Positions 50,360-64,000 of a stretch of 64,000 bases of DNA are shown piece by piece (the stretch's first letter is position 1; each line of letters begins with the position of its first letter). This DNA comes from Eutreptiella sp. 'Long Island Sound 2002' (taxonomy: Eukaryota; Protista; Euglenida), in assembly GCA_964036045.1 (NCBI GenBank), contig OZ038378.1, forward strand, positions 168,268,001-168,332,000, read 5' to 3'. A program made the translations under genes and the position numbers. Below the pieces are notes generated by a model. That model ran no database searches and had not been told where the DNA came from. It worked only from the letters and a program-made list of their open reading frames with translations.

Positions 50360-50579
50360 CTGCGCAACACGGACATTTGGCGGGGCGCGATCTGGGCGCA
50401 GCGGCTGCACAGATTGTTAGGCATTTTGGAAGAGGGGAAGAGGAAGGAACAGAGGCGAATGACAGGGGGAAACAACGTAGCAAGACCGATGCATGCAGAA
50501 CACTCCCCAGGCGGGGGGAGGGGGAGGTTGGACTCAGCAAAGGGGGCGGGTCCTCAAAGGTTATGTACCGAGACACCAC

Positions 50580-50775
50580 ACACATACACACACGCGCGCG
50601 CGCGCACGCATCCGCACGCACGCACCCACCCACACGCACGCACACCCGCACGCACGCACGCGCCCATGCACGCACGCACGACGCACGCACACGCACCCCC
50701 CAACACACCACCTACGCGCACCCTCACGCGCGCACCCCCACGCACGCACGCACGCACGCACGCACGTACGCACGC

Positions 50776-50808
<33 letters not shown>
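50580..50808. repeat. Compound CA / CACG / CG microsatellite
   Basis: Direct reading. Confidence 0.85.
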
Positions 50809-51300
50809 GGGTGAGGAGATCAAGCCAACCACCACTGGAGACGGACAACGCAGGTAAACACTGATCTTAACAACTCGTCAGGCCAACAATCAATTTCTAT
50901 GGTCCTGCTTTTATCTCTCCTCCTCCCAATCTGTCCCTCTGCACATATGTTTCTTTCTCATCTGTACTTTCAGCGGCTCTGTTTTGCTTTGCTCTGCAAA
51001 CCTGCACTTTTTTGCCAATGCTTTCATTCATCAGCCAAGTGTTTGTTCTCAGTTCCCACAACCTCTTATTTGGGTCAAACCAATGTTCACAAGGTGCCGA
51101 GCTGCGGTTGCGCAGAAGATGCGGAAGCCCTAAGATCTTTCCACCACTTGTCTTCTGCTCTGGGGTATCTGGATCTAGGTGCTCTAGGTCTGTTGTTTGA
51201 AGCTGATATGGCGCCCTTCTGCTCAGGATGCCATTGTTTGGTGATATGCCAGCTGACTAGTGTTCCGGCACGGTCTCCCTGCAAGGCCAAAGCAGACCCA

Positions 51301-53151
51301 TCATGCCCCGCTAGTTGTCAACCGAACATGGCCATGCTTGGGGGCAAGTCCGTGAGGAGCCATGTGCTGCACCTGTTGTGGGCTCTCAGACCTCCCATAG
51401 GTCTCGATCAGTGACTGCAGCCGCTCGCTGCTGGCCTCCGCCTTCCGAAGCTTCGACATGGAGCTGAAACCTTTTTTGAGGCTACTAGCACCTGTGTCCG
51501 GGGTCTTACCAAGCTCCGCCTTCTTCAGGCTGGGACTCAGGGTATCGCCCAAACCCAGCAGCTGCCGCGGCGAGAACAGCTTCATTGCCACCGGGGCTCG
51601 CGATACCACCGGGGTGGGGTTCATCGGAGTCGGGCTGATCGGGCTCCCCGACGGTGGCGAGGGAGTGCCAGACTCATGCAGCTCGGTGTCCAGAGGCTGC
51701 GGCCGGAGCCGTATTTTGCTTTGGCTGGGGGCTTGGCGGGCAAAGACTGGGTGCTTCGGCTGCATGGAGCTGCGGTTCTCTTGCCGTGCTTGCAAAACGG
51801 TGCCCGAGGCTTCGGGCGAATGCTGGGAGGGGGCGAGGGCGTTTGCTACCATGCCTAGCTCCGTGTGGCCCCTGCGGCAGGTAGACTTGGAAGACCGCAT
51901 CTTTTTTTTACGCTTGGAGACCTTCTTCGGCACGTTTTGGAAGCCGAGCGTGTGCTCCGCATGCGCATTCTTGTGCTCAGGCTGCGCAGAGTCCGTGTCT
52001 TCGTCCATGATTGGCTCCACGTCGATGCTCCGGCGCCGCGGCGAAGCCACCGAGACCTGGATTTCCTCGCGCCCGAGAGACATTTCATTAAGTTTGCTCT
52101 CCTGAAAGGGCGGCTCGACTTCGGGTGGCTGCTCCGGCGAGAGCGGCGCGCTGTCTACGAACTCCTCTATGGCATTTTCTTTAGCCTCGGAGAGGGCTAA
52201 TGACGCATTGAAATCCACACTCGCACCCAAGTCCAAGCACTCCTCCGTTCCTTCGTCGGCCGTGCCCAACTGCACGTCGTTCACCGAATCCCCCAAAAAC
52301 GCGGTGGTTTCCTGATGGGCTCTCGAAGGTGCCACTTCTGGCGTGGCGGGGAGTTGTTGGAAGATGACCCAATGGCATTTTTGAAAAAAGTGGACGTACT
52401 CCCAGTGCTCACACGACCGGCAATACTGGTTGGCAATCTTCAACATCCCTTGGAAGAATGTGTGGAATTCCATCGCGCTTTTTGGTAGCGATTGTTCAAA
52501 CCAATGGTTCCCAAATATCCCAAACTCCTTCGGTAGCAAGAACCAGTACAACCTATCGTACAACCACTCCCATTGCAAAATGCTAATATCCCCCGACGGC
52601 ATTTTCGGAAGATGTTCCCAGATCGTCCATAGTTGCGACACCACGCACTTGCTGCGCTCCAAAGGGGATTGCCGTTGGAAAGCAACGCGGTATTGGCGAT
52701 CCAAAATTGGCAACTCCGGAACGCCGTCACTAAAGGAAGCATCAAGTGGCACGAACGCTGTTTTCACTTTTTGGGAAGCTTCATTGTCCCATTTGAAGAG
52801 CTTTGTCACAATTGTCGGTGCAAAGCATTGCGTCCACTTGTAGATGCGCTCCACCATGCACATTTGGATGCGGTCATAAACCGTTTTGGTGAACGCTTCG
52901 GTAGCTTCGCAAAGGGAGGTGACTTTTGGAGGTTCATCGGAAATCAAGAAATCGCTAGCGTCATAGCTCCAACTCCGTGAATCCATACAAAACAAGACCT
53001 TTTTGAGCATGAAAGCTTCATGGATGTGGGCCACATAGCCGAGGTTGAAGCGGTTGCACGAATACAACATCAAAATACATGTGCCTATGACGCTACGACG
53101 CATGCGATTTGGGACCCATTTCGGGTCGAATTGGGTCGCACCTATGGACAT
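51301..53151 (-). CDS. Hypothetical protein, 616 aa: Trp/Cys/His-rich N-terminal half and disordered C-terminal half
   Basis: Long uninterrupted ORF with an upstream acceptor-like GTTGTTTCTCGGCAG at ~53195. No family motif recognised. Confidence 0.7.
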   Translation of the reverse strand: MSIGATQFDPKWVPNRMRRSVIGTCILMLYSCNRFNLGYVAHIHEAFMLKKVLFCMDSRSWSYDASDFLISDEPPKVTSLCEATEAFTKTVYDRIQMCMVERIYKWTQCFAPTIVTKLFKWDNEASQKVKTAFVPLDASFSDGVPELPILDRQYRVAFQRQSPLERSKCVVSQLWTIWEHLPKMPSGDISILQWEWLYDRLYWFLLPKEFGIFGNHWFEQSLPKSAMEFHTFFQGMLKIANQYCRSCEHWEYVHFFQKCHWVIFQQLPATPEVAPSRAHQETTAFLGDSVNDVQLGTADEGTEECLDLGASVDFNASLALSEAKENAIEEFVDSAPLSPEQPPEVEPPFQESKLNEMSLGREEIQVSVASPRRRSIDVEPIMDEDTDSAQPEHKNAHAEHTLGFQNVPKKVSKRKKKMRSSKSTCRRGHTELGMVANALAPSQHSPEASGTVLQARQENRSSMQPKHPVFARQAPSQSKIRLRPQPLDTELHESGTPSPPSGSPISPTPMNPTPVVSRAPVAMKLFSPRQLLGLGDTLSPSLKKAELGKTPDTGASSLKKGFSSMSKLRKAEASSERLQSLIETYGRSESPQQVQHMAPHGLAPKHGHVRLTTSGA

Positions 53152-54885
53152 CGTGGTAGCATGGGGCTAGATCCGGCCGACGGGGTGAGAGTGGCTGCCG
53201 AGAAACAACACGCACCAAGCAAACAAAGCTGCTAACACGAATCAATTCATGTATTCTCCACATCTTGGTGCTTTGCATGTCTTTTCAGTTGTCGCCAGAG
53301 GGCTGTACTTCTTAAGAATTGTGGAATACAATTGAAGAAAACTTTGGGGCAAAAGGGATTGCGACCTACCCAACAAAGCCTTTGGAAATGTGTTGTGCCC
53401 CATTTTTTGTTGTGCCACTGTATTGAGTAGCTACTTTTTTGGGACCGGCGCTCGGGGCTATCTCAACTCGATAGTGGAGACATTAATATACTAGACACGA
53501 CGTATACCACGTATACCGTGGACGATAAAGAAACGTGTATTGAGCATACGATGCAATGATAACAATTTCGCTCGCTCAAAGCCTGGCAACCGCCCATAAA
53601 GGTTGAACATATTGTTCACATATGTCATGGGCGGAACGAGAATTAGAGCATGTCGAGGCTCGGAGCATGCTCAAACACGACTACATGTGTTTCAATAACA
53701 TCTATGTGAGCGCGCTAAGAAATGCATAGAAAAAAATTGGAGTAGGAATACCGTCGCAAGCCAAAGCGATAAACAACCCGAATCCTCGGTGTCGTGTACA
53801 ACAACACAAACAAAAGCTCCATAGCTTGGTATGAGAGGCATTGCAACGCCCTATGCATGGAAAAAGAATTTTACATCCTTCAAGTCCCTTGCTTCGACTA
53901 GTGCGGTCGCCTTGCTACGACCCAAAAAAGCATAAAGCGCACAGGCACAAAAAAGACGACTTTCATCTTGGTTTCCGCAAAGGTGATGGAATGCACAAAA
54001 GAAAGCAAGTACATCTGCGCCGTATCAAACGTCCCACACTCACTTTCACCGAATGTTAATTGAAGATTGTAAGAAACCCGTTCAAAGCGAGCAACTACCA
54101 ACACTGTTGAAAGCTGTTCAACCACGAATTAACAAAACACATAAGACTAACGGCACGACGAAGGCAAGAAAAGCGTCCTCAACGTGTTAGTCGAGTCCTT
54201 CCATGATCGCTCACACAAGTTGTAAAGTAAGTCCAAAGAAGTGATACCCAATATTGGTGCCGGGGCTTTTCAATAGAGCATGCACGATGATGATGTTCAA
54301 CGATCATGTCATACACTACATGGCGCTTCGTGACAACGAATACGCTGCGCAAGCATGAAGTAACCTACTCCACTCGAGGCCGCTACTCAAATTGTTGGGC
54401 ACGCAAATGAGGCACATACTTTTCGTCGAAAGACCCAAAGAGCCGAAACCCTCTAAGTGCGTCACAAAAAGTAGGAGGAAAACCCCGTTGCAGTCTTCTT
54501 GCCTTGAGTGTCATCTTCCTCGTCTCCATGGGTCTATCATCACCAACTGAATCATCTGCACAAAATGTATGCATCTTGGCAAGTTTTGTGCTCTCCAGCA
54601 TTTGCTATTCTTTCCAAGGGTCCTAAGGCCCCCTTGCTCCTGAGAATGTGCATGTGACACACAGTGATCCGGGGCCTCCGCGACTGTACGTGCGCGACGG
54701 TTATCGCGAGTATTGGTGGCATTGAACAGTTTGGCTTCTCGATCCATGCACAGAACGCACTCCAGGTATGATTAAGTCGATAGATTTTACTGTGAAAATA
54801 TTGCGGGAGACCAGATGCTGTAGATCGTGAATCCCTGGCTTTAAAGGTGCCCTCCCGTGCCTTTTTGGCCCTCAGCAATACCGGA

Positions 54886-57800
54886 ATGCCCGGCGCCCGA
54901 ACCGCAGCCACGACTTCCACAACTCGATCGCCGTTCAACGTTCAAGACTACAAGGAGAAGCGAGCAGCTCAGCTCGAGCGAGCACGCCGAATCAGGTATG
55001 AAAACCGGTGCAACATGTGAGGCTGCAGTAAATTTCCGGGAGATGCTAGGCAGAGGTGCATTCCCTCTCCCTGCACCCATCCATTGCTCAAGGTTGCAAA
55101 CATTTGTTTCAAAATACGTGGCATTTACACGGCACTTTCTTGGAGGTAACTAATGCAAGTGTGGCAACCTCTTTTTGCTGTTTTGCGGTGTCGTAGTGAT
55201 GTCGGGTTTCACAGTTCAAACTTACTTTCACCGTTGACACATATGCACCACCACCATGAAGTGCAATGCTACAACCACGTTGCCAATGCTTGCCTTGGCT
55301 GCACTGTCTTTGTGCATCAACATCTTCCTTCAAAGAGAGGATCGTGATAACAAGCGTGCCGGCGGAATCGAACAAGCTTCGTCAGCGAATGACCCCGTTC
55401 AACCAAGGAGGACCGAGGTCACACGTCACACGTCGGCCGAAGATCGACGTGTGACAAGTAACCTCGATGACCGACGTGTGACAAGTAATCTGGATGATAT
55501 GCCAGTGAAGGGAGTTACAAGGTAAGTTAATGGTCTTCTATTTGCCCCATGTTAAACAAACATGTGACGCCTTCCGGTCAACGTGCACGTTGTCACTTGA
55601 ATGACTCCCCCCAGCCCCCCCCTCTCTCTCTACGTCTCCCTTCCCTCCGCCTTTCTGTCTCTCCCTCTCTCTCGCTCGCTCGCTGTCTCCATACAATCCA
55701 TCCTCGCTCTCTCCATCCAGTCTCCTTACGGCGTTTGGACGTTTCTAGGTTTTCCCTTTACAAATGGACTTGTCCTCTGTTGCTCTCACGTTTTCATGTA
55801 CTATGTCATGTAGCGTACCGGAAACAAGTGCTGCCCCAAAACAAGTGACAAGCTATTCCGATGCCCATGTCTCAAAATACGTGACGCCCTATTCCGATCC
55901 GCATGTTTCGGCTCCAAGGTTTCATCTTGCACGTTGCGTATTGTGCCCACGACTAATGCTTTTCCTCTTTCTAGTCGTTGCCTTTCCTCTAGCACTCACC
56001 TCCCCTCTCCCATGGTGTATAGGATTAGAGTGTTGTGCAATTTGGATATTGGGTATTGAAGTAATGGTGCACGCAGCATCAATTTGTATGGTCGTCTGAG
56101 TGCGTGTTGTGCGAGAGAGTCCCGTGTGGCGCTTTCCCGAAGAAGATTACATGTGCGCGTAGGGTTGGGGGAGTGGAAACCCCCTCAAAGTGAGATTTTG
56201 AGTTTCCAAAATAGTGGTGCAAATGGCCCATGATGTTTTTCAAAACACATCGAAACATGTGGCATTTTGCTCTGGTGGATCATGGCACAAACCATGAGAA
56301 AAATGTCATCGAATTGCATAGCATCACGAACAACCCATTTTCATGTACTTCCGTAAGAGTGATGGATTTGATTTGCACTCTTCGCCTTTCAAGAAACCAG
56401 GGAAGAGCAAAAAGGGAAAGTGATTACACCTAAGAAAACATTGAGAAAGCATTTTCATCTCGATGGCGTTGCCCGTATGAGCAAGTGACAATTATATTTG
56501 GCACTATGGTCTGATAACAACGCAATCCCTTCTCTTGTTCTCCGTTTTCAGTCGTGAAGGTTCTTCAAGTAGCAACATGTATGGTTATGACGTTGCACCC
56601 CCAAAGGCGGCCAATGACAATTGGGCCACTGCTGCCCCGATGCCACTTCCTAGAGCCGACTCGGCGAGACACTTTAGATCAGGTTCGTCTTTCACCTTCC
56701 TTTGTGAAACACTCCGCGCCGCATGTGTTGCCGTTTTCAAATTTCCAAGTTTTAAGTGATCGAGCGGTCATCCGTGCTTCCGCAGGTGGCCAAAAAATCT
56801 CCATCGGCGAGTCAGACCTCTCCGAGGCGGTGGTTGCAGGAATTATTACGCTCGAGCAATCCGACAAGTTGTGGCGCTTCTTGTCCAATGAAGTGTGTGT
56901 TTTTGTCTCCACCTCATGTAAGTCAAAAGAGGGTTGACGCTTGCAAGTCTCCAGAGCCGTGGGGAAGGCTTTTAGTTTGGCTCGATGCTCCAACACTGCA
57001 ACCTTTTGATTGGAAAGAGCATTGATGCAATTGAGGACAGGGACCACAAAGGTGGTGTAGAGACCATGTGCTTAGGTCCAACATCGCTTAACATCAGGTT
57101 TGGCCATCTAGATTACATGGTGTGTATCGAAGAAGTGAATGAAAAGTTCGTCGATTTGTGTGAACGTTTGAAAATTCGTCCTTTCTAGCTCTTCGTGAGG
57201 TCCACCATGTGAAATTCTCTTTTCCACTTTTAGGCACGAGCGGGCGGATCGCAGTCGCAACCAACAACTCCGTTTGCCAACAACAACATGGAGACCAATG
57301 ATCCCCGGTTCAAACCTTCGGCTACACGTGCAGCTCATAAAGATCAGCCTGACAAACATCAAAGGCAGGTGTGCCCCATTTCATTACCTACATTACAACA
57401 ATTTCTGTGCCTAGATTTTCTAGCACCTACGGTTCACATTGTACAACCTGATGCTTGTGTGTGGCCGTGAGTTTGCTTGCACCACGTACGATAGTCAGGC
57501 ATGATTGTGCTATGAGGTGTTCAGGGGAAAGGATTCCCTCCTCCGACTACCAGCAGGTGGTTCCTACCCATGTGCACCCCCCACCCAGCTTCTGCCGCCC
57601 CAAAGAAGTGGTTTGCGGGCTGCGAAACCCCAAACTTTTCGGAGCCCGACAAAATAAGGATTTTATGAGGGGTTAAAAACCACAACGCATGCTTCTCTAA
57701 ACAATGATCACCATGTTGTTGCATGAGACAAGGGGAGGGTTCCATCCACCAAGGTTGGTTGCTTATTGTGACATAAACTGCGGGTGATGGTGGTGGTGGT

Positions 57801-60515
57801 GGGTCTGCAAGACTCGCACCTACAGCGGGACGGACTGCAGAGCAACAATCAAAATAGGCCACCAAAACTTACCAGAACGGGAAAGGAATTTGCATCACTT
57901 GCAAATTTCAAAGTTTTTGTTTTGAAATTTTGTCTTTCTTTGCGCAAGGAAAAAACAATGTTACTACCGAGGCATTCTCGATCTTGTGCCCATGTTTTGG
58001 CTTGCGAGTGTTTTTGTACAACCCATCCACAATGTTGCTTGCACGCAAGGGGGGGGGGGTGGTGATCATGGTACAAGCTTTAAATAGCAAACAATCGTCT
58101 GACCCAATTGGAAAAAATGTTTATAGAGCACACATCTTGAATTGAATATGGAGCATGTGTTGCTTCACATGTATGCATGTATGTGTTCAAGACGGAATAT
58201 GCATGCGCTGCGTGAGGTGCCGGCATGGGGGAGACCACTAACCCCTCGCCAATGGCCTCTCATTCTGAACAACAATCCAACCCCGATTGAAATCAAGGCT
58301 CTATAGGGGGCACATTGAGTGCAACACAAAGCATTCATTGTTTAATGTCATTTAACATATGTGCTGCGGCGGAGTGTGAGGATACCTCCGGGAATTGCAA
58401 CCTGCTCAATTTTGTTTTCACAAAGAGGAGAAAATTATTTTGGCAAGCGTATGCCAAGCATCATGCGGCCCTTTATATGATTTTTATGCACAACGTATGG
58501 CCACGGGTGCATCGACTAGGGGGGGAGCATCTCCGGATGGTCATGCTGTGCCACGGGTTGGTTGACGACCAGCCTCGGTTGTATGTTTCCCCTAGCTAGA
58601 AGTCCGGGGTTGGTGGGTACGGTTGCATATTTCACCCCTTGAGTTGTGCCCGGATGAAAAATAATGAAGCCAATCATAATCAGGGTGAAGATCAACAAAC
58701 GGTGGGATGATGAGACCTATAGCTTGGTCAAAATGACTTTAGGCATTCGGCCGTGAGATGCAGTGATGACAAGGTTCTCTCAAATTTCCTAGGTACTATT
58801 TTAAATGTGCACCCCGCTATTTTTTGTGTCCTCTACCACCTTTTGCGCAACCAATGCTAGGTTTGCTATTTGACAATTTTCGATGCACTTTATGAATTAT
58901 GCCTGTTTTTAAGTCCGGATCTCCTTATTTTTGCTTTTTTTTTTCGCTCGAGTGTCTGGAACTGGACAATTATTGCATATTCCTATGTTTGCATGCAAAA
59001 TTTTTATGGATCACACACACAAAAGCAAAAGATAGTGGTCTCAAATACTCCTCTCCACAAATAAATTGTCAATAAATCTTTGACTTGTAAAAGAAAGGTG
59101 GACTGTCAGTTGCGTTAAGCCCGGACTTATCGCAAGTTGCACAACCCCACACAAATTTGGACCCCCCCCCGAATCCCACCGGGAGGGGTTTCCTGAAATT
59201 GAAGCTTTTGTGTGGCCCTAGGTGGCCCTTTTTTCAAATGTACCTCAACTCATAATTGCTAGCAAAAAGGCTTCTTATCGTGGAGGGGCCCAAACATGCA
59301 AAAATGTTGTCTCTCCATTGCATGCTTGTGTCCCATGGTCGGCAACAATTGCAACAGCCGGGCGAAGCGCCAACGCCTGGTGTTCGCAAAAGATGTGCCG
59401 AGGCCACAATTTGAAGGAGAGGAGTGGGACTGGTGGGTCGTGCGGCGAGACGGACCCGGCGTCACAAAGATGGAGCTCCTACCGGTGAACGGGCTGCCAG
59501 ACTGGCAAGTTCCCTCCACACCCAACTTGTAGACAAAGGCATCGGCTCGACCGGGGCCACCACCATGAGGTCCTCAGCGGCGCTAGACCTGCTGGGGCCT
59601 CAGGCCTGTCTGCGAAGAGCCTTGTGCGAGCGCCACAGCGTGGCGCGTTGACGTCCGTGAGGGGAAATGCACGACAATGCACTACAAGGGTGCACTATAA
59701 GGGTGCACTACTACATTAATTGTGCAAATTCAAAGCTCGATTTTAATCACCCTTTTCTGGCAAATTTTGCCACAACGATGCCAAAGGGCCAATCTGCCGC
59801 ATGAGCATCACTGCGGCTTGCCAATAGTGCTGGACATGACACATGGGGTGTTGTGAAAGCCCATCACAAATGATGCAAATGTTACGGTGCTTTGCAGCAT
59901 ACAGTATGGTCTGTATCAACCATCGTAGCACTTTCATCCTTTGATGGCTAGTGTCTCTAAAGGGCTGGCTAGGCATATCACTGATCATTATCATTTTGTC
60001 TATTAAATGCACCTGGCAGGGTTTCACATAGCTTTACCTTGTGCTCCGCAATTTTTTTCAAGATTGGGGTTTTGTAAGTGCCTGTACCTTTTTCACCATT
60101 CATATTGCCATTCAGCTCACGGTTGCTCTTCAGGATTCAGATGTCAATGGTGATGGTGGCTACAGTTACGCTGCAAAACCGTCAAAAGCGAACAAACCAG
60201 AGTGGAATTTTGACACTGATTTGAGTTACGACGACCCGACACCGAGCATGGAAGAGGATGTGCGCGCCCCACCGCCACGGGTGTGGCCTTGTGGTGTTGC
60301 ATTTCGATCAATTGCACTGTGATCGGAGGTTGCATGCCGGCAAATCAACTTTTTGGTGCCATTGTCGTCTCTGTTGTAGAACCAGGGCCGCACTGGGCAG
60401 AAAGCTGCGGCCAGTCGCAATTCTCGACCTGGATGGAACGATAATTTCACAGAGGGCTCCATCGGAGATGCCCCCGAAGAGCGCGTCCCGCAGCCAGCAG
60501 CGCGGGGTCCAAGAG
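54886..60515 (+). CDS. Multi-exon hypothetical protein (at least 7 exons; 3' end not located)
   Basis: Exons 54886-54995, 55336-55521, 56552-56682, 56786-56892, 57234-57368, 60134-60280 and 60380-60515. All junctions are GT-AG with matching phases (2,2,1,0,0,0). Starts MPGARTAATTSTTRSPFNVQDYKEKRAAQLERARRIR. A pyrimidine tract plus CAG lies 10 nt before the ATG. Confidence 0.8.
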
Positions 60516-63379
60516 GTTTGCATCCTCTCATCATCCTTTGCATTATTTTCGATTGAAATCAGTCAGTCAGTCAATCGCGGAGTCCAGGTCAGGCACAGAT
60601 GATACAAATGTGCATATTGTTCAGCACCCAATAGTTCAGTCTTTGAGGATTCAGTGTTGTAACAGGTTGTGCAGGGTTTTTAAGAATTGGTTTCATTTGA
60701 TGTGAGGGCTTTTCAGGGCTAGAGGATGGATGGCTGTGGAGGATTGGCATGGGTTGAACGGGAAGCTGGAGAGACATGGCACGTGGCAAGGATTTTGGAG
60801 GAAGGTGTGAAGATTTGTAGAGTTTGTAGGGTTTCTGGGTTTCTGGGTTTCTGGCCGACCTCACATGCAGCACAAAGGCCCATCAAGTGGACTGCAAGCC
60901 GCTGCAATGCCCAAAAAAAAATCCTCTGCCAGTGATGCACCAGACTGTTGTAATCGAAATAGATCATGTGGAAGTGATTGCGTGCCAACACCATGAGGTT
61001 GGCATATGGGATGTGCCCCCCCGCCCCGTCCCACATGTTCCCAAGGCCCAAACTGTGCCTCCCCTCCCACATGTGCAGCACCCCCCCCCCCGTCCCGGGG
61101 CCCTGAGCTAACCCCCTTCCGCCCCAACTAGCAGGGCTGCGATAGCCTTTACCGGGGATAAGATGGATATGCACGGTCACTGATTCACCTCATGCTGGTT
61201 TCCCTCTGGTCCGTTGACCACAGCCAGATGGGGTTTCGGGGTTCGAGGGGCCCAGATCAAGAGCCATTCGATGATGCATCTCATTGGTCCCTGTTGCATC
61301 TATGGGTCAGCCAATGGTGCAGTAGTGGGGTGGTAGGGGCGACTGTGAGCTTACCTGTTGCCAATCATTTTGTAATCCTATTTCCTCTGTGTTACAGGAT
61401 CTAGTGGTGGGAATGCTTCTGGCCCCAGTGGAGCGAGCCATCAGTCTAATGCACCTCCTGTATGTTGCGCCCTGTACTTTGGAGAAGGTGCACCTGCGTC
61501 CGTTTAATAAACCACCAAAAGCCTTCAATGAACCACCACCATCACCGAATCCCAGATTGCCACAGGTCACCCAGTCAGTCAGCTGACCAGCCACTCCCCC
61601 AAGGCTCGTCAATGGGAGGTCCACACCCAGGTTTATCTGCTGTCCCACTTGGTCACTCTATCGGCGTAATCAGCCTGCCGCTCAATCGGGCATTCAATTC
61701 GTTGTTTTCCATCAATTGATTTCTCTTGTTTTGTTGGAATGGATTGGCAGAGTACATGTCTGTCTTTGGTTTTGTCTTTAGATGCCCACAAGGTAAGGGA
61801 AATGAGTGTCCCTGGGTCCCTCCTTCCCTTGCCTGGTTCCGGAAGTTCCGGAAGGTGTTCTGGGGCTTCTGCAAGGGGTTCCGGAAGTTCCGGAAGGGGT
61901 TCCTAAAGTTCCAGCCCAGAACGAACAGGTATTGTTGGCTGGAATGAGGCTCATGCAAGCAGCCGCTGCTCTTGCAGGCTCATTGATTTCCCCGTTATTG
62001 AATGGAGAACAACAGTGCCTGTTCGCATTCCTCGTTGGACAAGTTTGATGCATAAGCCCCTGGAGTGGTGGGAACAGGTGATATTCAAGCTGGTGACGGA
62101 TTCTGCAAAGGAGCGATGCATCTGCAGCTCCCGTAGCTGCACATGGATCTTGCGCTTGCGCTGTTGCTGCTGCAGAACCGCTTCCGCCTTGGAGAGTACC
62201 TCTTTGCACAGCACCCCACACAGCCGCTGGTTCCTCCCCTCTGCGACCTCACTTTGAAAAATGGACATCAACACTTCATACGCCTGCCTCGTGTTGCTGA
62301 CCTGTAGCCCCCTTTGTTCCACATACTCCCACCCCGCCGACGGCACAAACTGCTTTGCAGCGGTGGCTGTGTGGTCGGGGCGGCACATGAACGGACACCC
62401 CAAAGTGAGATTGTTGCAAGAGATCTCTGCTTCATAGAACCTGTTGGAATGTTGAATGCCCATGGCAGCCCCTTTCCTTTGCAAGAAGTCCAGAACAGCG
62501 CTGTGCCAATATTGAAGACCTGAAGTGGTCTCTCTCTGACCTGCAGCCATAGGAGTGCATTTGCATCCTTCAGGTTGACTGGATGTGAGGTGGCACACAG
62601 CAACGAGTCATTCAAGAGCATGGATTCAGCTGTAAAAGCAAGTAATTTTTTTTTGTTGTAGGAGCGAGCAAACTTTGTTTCGCTGTAAAAGTGAGTAATT
62701 TTTTTTTGGCAGTAAGGGTACGCGGTTTTTTTCAGTACTCGCCAACACAATTTTTTTTAAGCCCTTGCCTTTACAGCAGAAAAAAATTACACCTTTTTTA
62801 CAACATACACCACCCTATCGACCCATTGATTGAATGCCCCCCATTTTGGGGACCCCTAGATGGCCCCAAGACGGCAGGGGTTACGCAGGGTTTTTGATTC
62901 CTCCCTACTTTGGGGACCCCAAGATGGCAAGGGTTATGCCATTTCTTTTTTTTATTCCTCCCCGCTCCATGAGTTTGGATATGGAAGGGGTACTGCAGCC
63001 TTTTTTGGATAGCTCGGCACTGGATGGCATGGCTGAGTGCCATCGCCACACTTTCGTGGTTACTAGTGATGACCAAGTGGGGTTGCATTAGTTTGTTTGT
63101 AGTCTAGATTGTGGCCTCTGGGTGAGTTGTTTCACAATTTGGGTTTGGGAACCCTTGAGCTGCAATGGATTGACCCACCCTTGCTTAGCGAAGCTCAAGC
63201 GGCACACTTTTGCCACAAAGCATCGAGCCTTGGGCTTCCATAAGGCTGGTGACGGTTGGTCTACACATTGCAATGTAGGTGGTTGAACACCAAGGTTCTT
63301 TTGAGGATGTTCCCCAATGCCTAAGCTTCATGTCCCTCCTACCATTTTGTTCCCAAGTTGAGGATGCACTTTTCGAGGC

Positions 63380-63760
63380 CAAGGACAAGTAGGTGGCAGG
63401 TGTTGAAGGCCAAGAATAATGTTGAGGTCACCCACCCCGCACCAAGGCAAGGATGCCTCACTTGAGCACGGCATCAGAGCCTCAAAGGCTATGGGGCAAT
63501 CTGCCGCGGCCAATCCCACCACAGAGGAGGACACCCATTAATTCGCCTCCATCCATGGAAAACAATTTCAGGTCCCCGAAGGGTATCCAAAGGATGCACC
63601 GCGTCAGTTGGAGCACGACTAAATGTTTATCAATGATTTGACCAGCACACTCGAAAGTCTCTAGGAAGATTGTGCGTGGAATACCAAACTTGGCGGAAAG
63701 CCTAAGTTGTCAAACGCGAAGTTTAATCTGATCTATAACCTGCATTCTGCGACAATTTGT
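63380..63760 (-). mobile_element. Possible highly decayed LINE RT remnant
   Basis: Fragments RLNFAFDNL, RING..., GGIGRG and GDLNIIL appear in RT motif order but in different frames. Confidence 0.3.
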
Positions 63761-64000
63761 AGTAGGTGCACATTTTGTAGCACAATCTCTGTTCCATATT
63801 TTTTTCTATAATCAACTCTACATTCTCCTCATGCATCCACCTCTTTTGGGGTTCTCAAGAGGTGAAGGTATAAAGTTGCTGTAATATGGGTTGATTCCCT
63901 TGAATTGGTGGCCACACGCAGAATTTTGCTTTGTGCATTCAGCGTCCCATCGTTCAGGTTGCAATGGGGTGCCAATAAGTGTACATATTGCAATAGAAGC

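Overview
Eukaryotic, repeat-dense window. The AG acceptors with pyrimidine tracts just before several ATGs and the LINE types are compatible with a protist such as a euglenid, but the species cannot be determined from the sequence. Host genes: an intronless CaMK-family kinase (29943-30926, -), an orphan 616-aa ORF plus a downstream exon (-), and a plus-strand gene with at least 7 phase-consistent GT-AG exons (54886-60515). The rest is mostly mobile DNA: a Zator-like transposase running off the left edge, a decayed Penelope-type RT, three non-LTR (LINE) fragments, and several MITEs with clear TIRs and TSDs. The most notable object is a 6.4-kb DNA transposon at 18081-24455 with TAG...CTA termini and a decayed 10-bp TSD. 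It is inserted in frame into the ORF of an RNase H-bearing LINE. It carries an Academ-like DDE transposase and a five-exon cargo gene with a ParB/Sulfiredoxin-like domain. It also holds about ten copies of a 16-bp palindrome (GCGCGAGGCCTCGCGC) that I saw nowhere else in the window. Three copies and one collapsed remnant lie inside the cargo gene's mutually similar ~70-nt introns, 19-23 nt before the 3' AG. All family assignments are motif recognition by eye and need HMM confirmation.
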